Of a DNA stretch of 64,000 nucleotides, positions 52,266-63,712 are shown piece after piece. Location of the stretch: NCBI GenBank assembly GCA_028023455.1, contig JAQFVV010000003.1:24366001-24430000 (forward strand). Direction: 5' to 3'. Made by a program: the position numbers and the translations under genes. The notes beneath the pieces were generated by a model. The model worked only from the letters and a program-made list of their open reading frames with translations. It was not told the DNA's origin and ran no database searches. This DNA comes from Epiperipatus broadwayi. Lineage: Eukaryota > Animalia > Onychophora. Every line of letters begins with the position of its first letter. The first letter of the stretch is position 1.

Positions 52266-53028
52266 TTATTAACTACTGAAGCTCATTATAGATAGTCTAG
52301 AATAGAGAGATGTTCTTCCTTTATCATAAAGTATTTAAATCGAAGAATTAAGTTGTTATTATTAACATTGTTGAAAAAAAGCCATTATAACTAATAAAAA
52401 AAGGGAGAGTACTAAAATATATAGTTACAAACTTGAATTCAAATGTATATAACTGTTCAGGTTAAAGGCGTTTCTAGTTATATGAGTTCATTATTTCAAG
52501 CTTTGAATTCCAAGTCTCATTAATAGAGGCAAAAGGCAGAAACCAATCTGGAAATTTAAAAGCATTGCTATCTCGTGAGCATTGATTATTCAATTCATTG
52601 ATGGTGAAACTGAAGTTGAGTATTAACAATAAATAATTGAATAGTTATTTGTCTAGAGGTCATGTGATATTTGAGCATTAAAAAATAGATTGAGCTTCCA
52701 TCTCTCAAAACTAGCACTCTACTACTATATTGCATAAGATAAAATAATTAATTGATTACTAATGATGAGTTTCTCTTTACTTTTCAGGTTTTATAATAGC
52801 TATAATTTTACAAAGTCTGAATTTCACATATAGTAAAGACATATCAGTTTCCTAATGGAATGTAAAATAAAATGATAATGAAGATACCTATTAATTTTTA
52901 TTTTCCTAAAGAGTATCATTAATGACCAGGATGTGGATGTATTTAGAATAAGATTGAGCATTCAGCATGACAGAGCCAGACAATGATACATGTACTTTGA
53001 TCTCCAGTATCTGTAACTCTATCACTAT

Positions 53029-55109
53029 TGTAACGATATATAAATATGTCGTTACATTTATTTAAAATAAAAACTTAAAAGTTCGCAAATAAAAGTAAAA
53101 AACTAAACGCTAAAATTAAAATATTGTTAAACGTATATACATTCGCACAGATGCTAAACTTTAAAAATATTTTTTTTCATAAACAACAAAAAAAAAGTAT
53201 TTGAACGTATTTTTTTTAATAAAAAAATACAAGATTGAAATATAAAAATATTTTAATAAAAAAATAACGTAAGTTAAAATAAAAACAGGTATTAATTAAT
53301 TCCTGTAATCTATAAATGGAAATGATTGTTTATTAATTATCTAAAAGCTGTTTAATTAAAAAGTCAGATGAAAAGTTAGATAAGAGAAGAAAGAGATTTT
53401 AGCTTGACCAATGGAAGCAAATAAAGGCCCGGACCATAACGAAAAAACAGAACAGTGACGTTTTTGTTCATGGAATCCATAGGAGGACTATAAAAAGAAA
53501 AAAATATTGAGTTCCAGTCAGTTTTTTCCAACTTGATTTTGGTGAGTCTGGCGACAAGACGCCCTTGTCGTCCTCACTCACTTATTTTAAAAATGCAAAG
53601 ACTGTGATACCAGAACAGAACCAGCTAATGCTACCTTCAAAATATCAGACCAGTCTTCCAGGAAAGTCTCCGTGGGAATTGCCAACGGGAACAGGGACTC
53701 TTCTACCGTAAGCAGTAGAACTGAACAATTGTTAAAATCATAATATTAATTAAGAACTTTAAAGATTGATAAGTAAATTTAAATTTTATAAAAAGAACTT
53801 TTCTCTGACTTATGTGTCAACTCAATTGATAATGTGTAATTTTATATATGTTTGCGTTTGATAAAAAAAAATCATTTCCATTTATTATTTATTTGTATTA
53901 ATATTTATTGTTTAAATTTTAATTGATGAAATTTAAGGTTGGGTATAGACGTTGCATAGATTCGTTAGCGGTTGATAATGTTGTGGTTTTCACATTCGAT
54001 TAGAATATATGTCAACGATATCACTGCAAGCATCTTACGATGAATGCTAATGGGATTTGTATATTCCCTATGCAAGTGACGTTTATCGATGATTTTGTAT
54101 TTTGATCGGTTGTGTTTAATTTGGAATGTTTTTGACCGTGGAATCTGTGCAGCTGATCTGTACTCAACATTTTAAAACAAATTTTATAAAATGCATTTGT
54201 GCGAACGTATCTAAATGTTAAATTTAAGTCGGGCGTGAATGGCTATATAGATTTGTAAAGTTATATTAGGGGAGGGTAATCTTAGGTTATTTGTGTCGTT
54301 GTTGAATTGGGTCAATGGATTGGATATATTTGTGTAATTAGTAGATGTAGTATAAGTTTCGCTACGTGCAGAATCGCTGAATACACCGCACCAACCCTTT
54401 GCCTATGGATGGGATTGTAAGTCGGCAAAAAGGATCGCGGTCCCTTCCTATGGAGTTTTTATTTTATTGTTCTTCTTGCTATACAGACGTCATATTCCTG
54501 TATTGGACAAGAGTCAATGTTTTCTCTAACTATACTGTTCAGATGTCCATTCCTGACAGTATAGTATATTTGTGCTGTTGTATTTTCATGCTACATTGAA
54601 TACATAAATGTATCAGATGGATTGATGCCAGTTTGACTGCGAATTTTAGCCTAAGGTTAAATAGGGATAGAATGTTTTATTTTCAAATGCAAATCTATGT
54701 AGTCTATTCATACTTGACCATCTAAATAAAATATTAAACTCAGTGAAATTTATGTAAATGTACAATTAAAGAGTAATATAAAAAAATCTAAAATGTTAAA
54801 CTTATTCCTCAAAATTTAAATGTTATTTTATATGTGCGTAAATAAATATTTTTACGTGTTAATTTCTGGCAGTGGCTTTTATTCTTTTATATTTAAGATA
54901 TAAAATTTATAGATTTTTATCTCAGCGTCTCCGTTGAGCTAGTGACTTGGGCTAACGATCGGAATATTTAAATAAAGTGGAATCTTATCAGCGCGTATCT
55001 GCCTACTTTATAAATTTTTCTAGGCTCAAATGCCTAGATGGCGCCCTGGTAGTTGCAGATATTGTTTTTGCGGTTAGATTCGATCTTCACTTTCATTTCG
55101 ATCGTTATA
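53029..55109 (+). mobile_element. Long solo LTR (~2.08 kb), probably Gypsy
   Basis: CTAT|TGTAACGAT ... ATCGTTATA|CTAT: 9-bp terminal inverted repeat with one mismatch and a 4-bp TSD. Contains a full Pol II core promoter. Confidence 0.75.
53408..53523 (+). promoter_or_regulatory. CCAAT + TATA + initiator core promoter in the LTR
   Basis: CCAAT at 53408, TATAAAA at 53489-53495 and TCAGTT at 53518-53523. The initiator A is 31 nt after the TATA start, which is canonical arthropod spacing. Confidence 0.75.
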
Positions 55110-55918
55110 CTATACTAAACTATGCAGAGCATTCCACAACAATTAAATAAATTTTTAATCCGATAATATTGTGTCAGGCATTCAAAAGTCTAACAAATGA
55201 TAGAAAGTTTAGTAATATGGTTTTATCTAAAAGCTATTTTCTTATCCATAAAGTACATTAATAAAATATTGTATATACATTATTCTATATTGTTTAGTAT
55301 AACAGTGATAGCAATGAATACAATAGCTAATGGTTTCCAAATTTAATTCCCAAATGGAAAAAAAAATAAAATGATTTTCAATTTAATCAATTGAATATAA
55401 ATTGTGTTCATTCAGCATTTTGACAATGATCATTTGATTTTCTGAGCATCAGATTATAAGATTACAATATAAAACAGCTTTTAAATATTTCACTTCGGGA
55501 TAAAAGGCTTCTCCAAAAAGTCCTTTACAGAAGGATTGTGTTATTCTCTAAATAGCAACAATTAGATACACATTTACCAAACAATATTGGATTGATTAGC
55601 TGCAACACTACAGATTAAATATATGCAGGAAAAATATAAATTGGACTGAAAACATTTTAAATTTGAATAGTTTGGATTTGAACACAAGTCAAAAGGGTGT
55701 TAGAAAAATATGCTACCATTGCACTACAAGAGCTTTCATTTTATAAGTACAAATATTTATATTTTTAATATATGATAAATAAACTTAAAATATGGAAACA
55801 TAGTTTTTGGGTTCATTTTGTACATGTGATTACATTTTGTAAGTATAATAGCATTAATACTTTAATTGGACTTCAACTGCCATCATTTGTAGTCAGCTTA
55901 TTAATTAGTGCTAGAGAT

Positions 55919-56131
55919 TAAAACAAGCAAAACTTTCCATACAGTAGTGCCACTCAGTGCAAGTCAGAGTAATCAATGGATGCCAGAAGGCTTGTGCATA
56001 AAATCCCTATCTAGTGCCTACTCATTCAATATCTCTGGCTTGCACTGAGTGGCACTAATATATGGAGAGTTTTGCCTGTTTTAATAACAATTATGAGCAA
56101 GCATAAGAAATGGTGATCATGTTATGTTTAG
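55919..56131. mobile_element. Family A insertion consisting of two inverted 3' ends
   Basis: Minus arm ~55919-56035 and plus arm ~56035-56131. Flanks are TAGTGCTAGAGAT and TAGTTCTAGAGAT. Confidence 0.9.
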
Positions 56132-56429
56132 TAGTTCTAGAGATATTGATAATAGCTATCCTTTGGCCTACCATCTGAATTAGTTATTTTATTCAATACA
56201 AAATGTAGAAACCAGATTAAAAAATAATGATAATAGGCTACTTAATTAGATGCATTTAATTTTTTTTTGTATGGATGGAGACATACATAGATACATCCAT
56301 TTTAGGTTTTATCAATAGTATCTCAATAATCACCTCAAATGAATTCTGCCAAATTTTTTTACAAAAGATATTTTCATTATCACATGAAAAAAATAGCCAC
56401 AACTGTTTTTATTAATGCAAACAACACCC

Positions 56430-56950
56430 TTCTGAGCTTGCATGAAATTTGGAGTTGCATCATCCATTAGTTCCATTTTGAGTAGTGTCAAATAATATCA
56501 GGCAGTTCAATAATTTTGGTAACTGGAATGTAATTCCTCTTTTGCTATTCTTTGGATTAGATTTAAAGAAATCATTTAAGTTACTCTTGTTCTAATATGA
56601 TTGAGGGGTATATTGGCTACACACAATAGTTGATACCTTAAATGACATTTGCGTCAGATTTGCATTTTTATGCTTATATTGGTTACTCAATTTGGTATTT
56701 CTATTTTTGGAATAAATTGATCTCTTTTCACTAATCTGCCCTACATTTTTCTAGACATGAAAAGATTCTGAATGCACCATATCTGTCATATACAAGCTTT
56801 AACACAATTTGTCCAAATAACCATCTTTTGTCCCATGTGATCATCCATAACTTTTCTGATGCATATTGATTCTGTCCACCATTTTCATTTTTCTTAAGTT
56901 TCTTTATCTTTGGGATAAACCAGAGTTTTTTATATTAATTTTAAAATATG
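56430..56950 (-). pseudogene. Possible very old Gypsy gag/pol debris
   Basis: Minus-strand fragment ..ELMDDATPNFMQAQ resembles the pre-RT 'LK.DA.PKF.KAR' motif; the rest is unreadable. Confidence 0.25.
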
Positions 56951-57869
56951 AAGATCTAGCAAGATGGTATTTCAGTGGGCAGATATATAGGTTTTTTTGA
57001 AATTTATCTGAAATTAGCAATTATATGTCCTAGTAATATATCCTACTTAAGATAAACAAAACATGTTATATTAGTAGATGCCTTCTTTTTTCCTCACAAT
57101 AAGAGAATTTTCTTTTTGAAGTGGGGCCTCTGGAAAAGTGGAGGTCTTATCAGAGTTGGTTTAATGTTTAGGTTTATTAAACTCTTTTGATTTTTTTAAA
57201 ACTGTTTCCTATATACATTTCAATAGATTAAGCTAAAAACAGCCATATCTTTCTGACAACGTTTATCATCAGACATATTCATCAGAAATTATTCAAGCAA
57301 TGTTTTCTCAAGAAAATTTCCATAATCACACATTTTAATCAGATAATAAGTGTTGAATAATATTCCACAACCCCCCCCCCTTGATCTAGAATCTAATGAG
57401 AGTGCAAATGAGAGACATGATGTGATAGAATTGAAATAATCTAATATTTTATCTACTATACCATAAAAGTTTTTCTGAAAGTTTGAACTTATGCAAGAAT
57501 TTAATTATTTTTATAATTTTTTTTCCAGAATTAAATACACCTGTACCATTATTTAATCTGTTCTCCTACTATTCTATTGTCCAAAAAACTTTGCAATATA
57601 ATTTTGCAAAGTAGCCATTTTCTGATACTGCTAATATCAAATTCTGAATGATTGCTTATCATAACATTTTACAATATTAATCAAATGCTAAATACTTTAG
57701 TACAAATAGTAACACACATTCATTTATATATGTACCATATCGCAGAACATTCTTTTTCAAATATATTACTCAGAATTATTTGTAAACAGACTTTACCAGC
57801 GAGCGAGTGCGTGGAAATTTATAATATTTAAGAAATAGTGCATTATCAGAGATTGACTTCCTTTTGAAT

Positions 57870-58045
57870 AATGAATCATTTTTATAAACTTGCAAATACA
57901 ATTTTACTTTTCATTTATCAATGCCCATTTATTCAGTCTGATAAAAAGAGAATTCCTCTTTTACCTGAACTCCAACATAATTTATCAGACTAAATGAATG
58001 AAAAGTAAAATTATATTTTCAAGTTGATTAAAATCATTCATTATG
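57870..58045. repeat. Imperfect inverted repeat, ~65-75-bp arms
   Basis: AATGAATCATTTT..CAATTTTACTTTTCATT..AGTCTGATAAA versus TTTATCAGACT..AATGAAAAGTAAAATT..AAAATCATTCATT. Confidence 0.75.
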
Positions 58046-61000
58046 AGTCTGCTTACAAATAATTCTAAGTGATGACTTTGAAGGAGAATGTTCTGTGATA
58101 TAATTATCCTAAACATTACATATTTAAACAATAGTAAAAAATATTTTGTTGAAATTATTGGTGTATATATAATAAAATTGGTTTACAGTTGCTATTAATT
58201 ATATGTAATCACTTGAGTAGATGTAATTAACAATTAGAGTGTAAATTAAGCAATTTGCATGATCATTGTATCAACTAACTAATCTGCATAATATATATAT
58301 CAACGATATTTTCTTTCACCTTGCTGTAAGATATGATATTCAGCAATACTGCAAAGCAGCAGTTGAAAAATGTTATCATTGAAATACGTCCATCCTGCAG
58401 AGAGATTATTTGATTTTTCTGTTATTTGTTGATGGAGCTGATGATTTAAATGCACTGTAATTGGTAAATGTTTCTACTCTATTGATTATATATATATTGT
58501 AATGGTAAGACTTGTCCTTCCACATAACAAAATCTAAAACACAAGCAAAATACACTAAGGCTGATCGAATCTGGATGCTGGGATCCAGAATCTGGCCAAC
58601 ATTCAATTCTTTCATTCCTGCTCAATGATCTAATACCCTATGGATGACATTTCTCAAGTTACACAGACATTCAATTTAACCACAGTCCGGCAGTCACCCA
58701 GGGTGGAACAAGAGACTCATAAATTAACTAACTTAACACTAATTTGGTCAGATATACAGACATATGACTAAGTGAACCGCTATTATATCAATGATTGATT
58801 ATGAAATCTAATAGAATGATCTACATATAGATATAGTGATGTATGTGCAAATAAATCTAGAGTTGGATAAAAATGAACTCACGGATAAGCATTTGATATA
58901 AAGGGAGAGAAAACTGATTTATTATAGGTTTACCTATATACTCTATGGCACATATTTAAATATTAATAAAACTAGAAGGTGTGAATGGGTCATTATTCAC
59001 GGGCTTCAGCATCAAATGCTCGGTTTCCCTACAACCGATCAATTTGCTACTAATAGGAACCTTAGTAGTTCAGGGAGTTGGATAATAATCTGCATCCTTG
59101 TGCTCCAGTTCTAAAAGTATGCTTTACCTGAACTGAGTGGATAAGCATGACCTCCAAGAATCATGCAGCAAGAAGTTAATTGTACATTGTGTATTTAGTA
59201 AGGACACATTCACAACTTATACATATATATCGCAAACGTAAAATTATCTTAGCATGACTTAAAAATAGATAGTGTCTACTTGCATATCTATACAACCCAG
59301 TTTTCAAATTTAATATTTCAAATATACAATTTAGGGACTAAATTAATTAGTAATCTAGTTTAAGATTATCACCTGCATTTCTAACATATCTAAATCTAAG
59401 GAGGACAAAGCATATTTGAGGAGTAATTATGGATAAAACATTAAAATATGCTTTGAAAATATCTCTGTGGCTAGTTCCTATGATGTAAGAGTTACATATA
59501 TAGATAGTTATAATTTATAACTAGAGTTAAGCAAACTACCATTTTAACTAGAACACTACTGATTATTATAATATTAATACCCAAAATTAACCAGTAAGAT
59601 AATAACATGATCTCGAAAGAGTGAGTATAAAAATAATAATTCAATTATTTAATATTTATTATAACGAAGATTTGAAATTATCTTTGCAAAGCGATAAACT
59701 AAAATTATACTTATAAATACTCACGGTTTCGAGTTATTTAGCATATTAAATACATATAATATTGCAATGATAAAATTATAGAATTGAATAGCTCAGAAAT
59801 AGGCATAAAAGACTGCAGAAAATTATACCTTTAGTTTAAAATTGATTATCATAGTTTTACATTTTAAGAGAGAATTTAATATTACAAGTTTTACAATCAG
59901 ACAAGATTCAAACATTAGCATTTAACAGCTTTCTTTGCTGATTTTAGAAAAGGTGTTTGTAAAGGCAGGTTTAATAAATAGCTAGTTTTAAAGAATTGAA
60001 AATCATAGTTTATGAACAGAGAGAGCTCTGAGTGAAAATTTACCAGTCAGTTGTCTTCATTGCAGTTCTAGGCATTTGCGACAATAATAAGTTGACACTT
60101 TTCATGATGATTTAACATTAATAAACGTTCTTCCACTGGCTGCTTGGCTGAGATATGGCTCATCATGTTTTGTCAGACTAAAGTTCTTTCCACCTCTGGC
60201 AGAAGAGGTGAGTGATCACCTACTTTACCCCATCATTTTAAAGATAAAATGAGCGTGGATTTGGTTTACAATTCACTTATTAAATATAGCACTCTTTTTG
60301 GCCACAAAATGAAGTATTTATATTTTTCTTAACGCTGGCCACCTGTTTATTTTTACAAGCTTGATCATAGTTGAAAAACCCATTACTTTATTTTAGAAAA
60401 AACATTTAATTGCTAAATCTAATTTAGATTTTGTTTTTCTACCTTTCCCCCCCTGTAGTTTATTATCACAACTCTATAAAATTCTGAGAATTGTCATTAA
60501 AATTTTGGATTTATAAAATCAAGTTTATGCTATTTTAAGACTATTACGTGACCTAATTTAAAAGTTGTTTACAAGTAAAACTAAAAGCTGCTTTTGTAAT
60601 TAGTGTAAAACTAATTTTATTACTATATATGTAGAATAACAAGTCAGGACTGTGTCTATATACATATGTGATTTCAGTAATATAACCATAAAATAGATTA
60701 ATAATTTAGACTAAAGTATTTATTAAACTAAAAATCTTTTTAAATGAATACATCTGTAATATATACATATATTATTATTATATTACAGACTTACCATTTG
60801 CATATATATATATATGTGATCCCGCATAAATAGTAATTTAAGATTGTTTAAATGAGTACTCTGAGAGGGTTTAAACCTGGCATAGAGATAGGTATGTAGT
60901 AAAATACATGAAGCAGGCAGGTGGATGAAACTGATTGTTTCAATATAATATTTTTATTTATACTTGACCATCCTTTTCTTTTTGAAATAATATATATTTC

Positions 61001-61920
61001 CTAACCATCATCTATTTTTTTCCAATTACGTTTGTTTTATTCCAAAATTTCCACAAAAATCACTCATCTCTGTATAAGAATTGTTTAAAAAAGTCATTAT
61101 CTTTGCCAGATAGTGATAAACTTAACTATATTAATATGTCATTAACAATATTAATAAAATTTAATTTACAATACCAATTAAATTTGAATTCTGGCTTTAA
61201 TAATTTGTTATGCTGCCAATAATATGGAACTCAGATCTATATTGCTGATTGTGATCAGTAAAATTCAATTTTCCACTCATAAAAGTATGACTTCATCTAA
61301 TTAAAATCATATTTAATTGTGAAGTTCTTTATATACAAACAGTATAAATGAGATATTATAATATTAAAAAAAATAGATTAATAACTATTTATTTTATGCA
61401 ATAACTAACCCAATAATTTACAGAAATAATAATGTCTAGTTAATCAATAACATTAATAAACAAGTTTTGTTATTTATGGAAAACAAGAATCCTGTAAAGA
61501 TTTGTTTCTATCTTCTTAGTTAATTCTTTCTACTCAATTTGGTTTTCCTTGGAATTTTATATCCTGATCTTGTACTACAATATAATCTCTCATTGTAATT
61601 ATCACTGGTTAATTAACTTCCCATAATTACTTATGATCAATTTCCAAATCTACAACTTATTATTAAGTAAATATTTGTTATTTAGAAAATATTATTGCTC
61701 TAATTAATCCATGGTTTTAATTCTACAAATTAATATTTTTGATTACATTTATATGTTCATTTTTCATCTACATTTACTTATGAGTATACTCCCTTGTCAT
61801 TTATCTTTCTATATAATAATTAAAAGTGAAAAGACACAACATTATGTAATTAAAACATCAACTACTACTCCCTCTTAATTAATCTAACATCTAAATATGT
61901 ACTGAATAAAATAACTAATA

Positions 61921-62399
61921 AACAGAGCAAAACTCTCCATACAGTACTGTGCTAAACAGAGTAATCAATGGATGCCAGAAGGCTTGTGCGTAAAATCCCT
62001 ATCTAATGCCTACTCATCCAATATCCCCAGACTAGTTTCTGGCTTGTGGCCTTCGTCAGTGAGGAGCTTTGGATCTGAGAACACTGCATCTAGATCTTAG
62101 GATTTAATGCAACCCTCTAGCAACCACCTTTTATCTCTACTTAACTATAAAACTATGAGAATGAAATTGAAAACACAAAAAATATTTTCAATCTAAGCTC
62201 AATAGCATATATAGTCATATGGGTCTGAACTTAGTTCAGCACCCATACATTTTGGTGTCTTTGGCTCTTTTACAACCATAGCCACCACTATCCTATTAGG
62301 CAGGATTGGTGTTAAACCATTAAGCATCACATGATCACATCTCCTATACTAGCACATTAATTAATGTGCTAGTATAGGAGATGTGATCATGTGATGCTT
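61921..62399 (-). mobile_element. Family A near-full-length copy with perfect 13-bp TSD
   Basis: AAAATAACTAATA at 61908-61920 and 62400-62412. Colinear with 20110-20536. Ends in an 82-bp palindrome. Confidence 0.92.
62024..62065 (-). ncRNA. Minimal type I hammerhead ribozyme (family A, best-preserved copy)
   Basis: UCCUCA CUGACGA A GGC CACAA GCC A GAAAC UA GUC UGGGGA: 6-bp helix I, both core strands intact, palindromic ACUAGU helix III, GUC triplet. An unpaired A flanks each side of helix II. Confidence 0.75.
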
Positions 62400-62401
62400 A
62401 A
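62320..62401. repeat. Perfect 82-bp palindrome with no spacer
   Basis: TTAAGCATCACATGATCACATCTCCTATACTAGCACATTAA|TTAATGTGCTAGTATAGGAGATGTGATCATGTGATGCTTAA. Confidence 0.97.
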
Positions 62402-62807
62402 AATAACTAATAGTTATATCATGATAAATAAACTGTAATCTATTTTCTATAAGCACCCATTCTAATAGCAGTTATTGAAATGATCTTATTAGCAAGAGCA
62501 GGCAAGTGAAAATTAACTAAGACAATTATGCTATTATAATTATCAACAAAAGATCATACTAATAAATGAATCGGAAAATTATGATTACCTTCTTAATAGC
62601 AGCATACTTTTCTACCATCTCTATGCCACTTATTGTAAGTTTTAATAAATAATAACAGATGCCAGATAGTAGTGCTCATTAAATCCCTAAAGTCATGCAT
62701 GGAGTCAGGTGGTAGAGTGGAGGCTAACTTTCATTTTTTTTATTTTATATCAAAATGTTAAATCTGTGTCAGATTTTCTTTTTCATTTATTCTAAAATTA
62801 CAATCTT

Positions 62808-62914
62808 TTTTTTATTATTAAATGTCATAGCATCGGCCGGGACGAACCCGCAACCCGGGCAACTGCCTGCTAGTGCAAGGCAGTCGCGCTGACCTCTCGA
62901 CCACCAATGCAACA
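62808..62914 (-). mobile_element. Short tRNA-derived SINE / retroposed tRNA-like element with A-rich tail and 16-bp TSD
   Basis: TSD CTAAAATTACAATCTT at 62792-62807 and 62915-62930. tRNA-like body 62830-62910 has a 7-bp acceptor stem GCATTGG/CCGATGC, A-box-like TGGTCGAGAGG and B-box-like GGGTTCG. Confidence 0.85.
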
Positions 62915-63068
62915 CTAAAATTACAATCTTCACTTCAAATATTAAAAAAGAGAGAGAGAGAGCAAAATATCATTTTGTAAAATATATATATATAATTTTA
63001 AAAATCTAAATAATATCTTAAAACAAATAATTAAATCTATAAAACTCTTTATATACTTTTTACCGGGG

Positions 63069-63712
63069 ACAGGGGGCACACAAAAATAACCGGAATCGTT
63101 CTGTTGTTTGAACACCTGTTGAAGTATATGCTTCAGCTGTTATATATATCTTGCATGACCTTTCTGCATCAATCTGCCAAATGACATCACCATGTGAAAT
63201 TGTGGGGTCAGGTAACACATTGTTTTGTAAAGTGCATTTTTGTCAGTTTTTTTTATAATAGCTGAAAAGTTCGACAATGTGAAATTCTGTTTTCGTTTAC
63301 AGAAAATGACAAGGAAAAAAGTTGTATTGCTTGAAACAGATTACAAGAAAATTGATCTCATAACAACACATATTTATGAGTGGTTTAATTATAATGTTAA
63401 ATTTACCACATCCCTAAAAAAAGTGACGCAAGTGAAATCAAAACAACGCTGATTTTTTTTTGACGCAAACGGCATTTTTCTCTCAAATTTAGCTCGTAAA
63501 CAATCAGGTATTTTATCTGCAAGTTCTGAAACATTTACTTTAAAAGACATCACTTTGCAAGCATTTCTGGACTACTTTGAAAAATGAAAAACACATTTAG
63601 ACTGGTGTATTGCATCAAAAAGTAATTTGAAATAGATTAAAATTTATAACACTTAAAAATAAATAAACCATTTTTTATTATAAAATTCCGGTTATTTTTG
63701 GGCACCGCTGTG
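63069..63712 (+). mobile_element. Internally deleted mariner element
   Basis: TIRs GGGGCACACAAAAATAACCGGAAT ... ATTCCGGTTATTTTTGGGCACCGCTGTG|TA. Peptide remnants KKVTQVKSK..FFDANGI and AFLDYFEK*KTHLDWCIAS match mariner transposase. Homologous to 1288-2022. Confidence 0.85.

Noticed and set aside
58406-58615. 69-aa ORF or possible tRNA-SINE head near 58560-58610
   Set aside because: No convincing A/B boxes, TSD or protein motif.
60066-60207. Possible + strand exon (TTGCAG acceptor, GAG|GTGAGT donor)
   Set aside because: All three frames are closed; it could be a UTR exon but has no other support.
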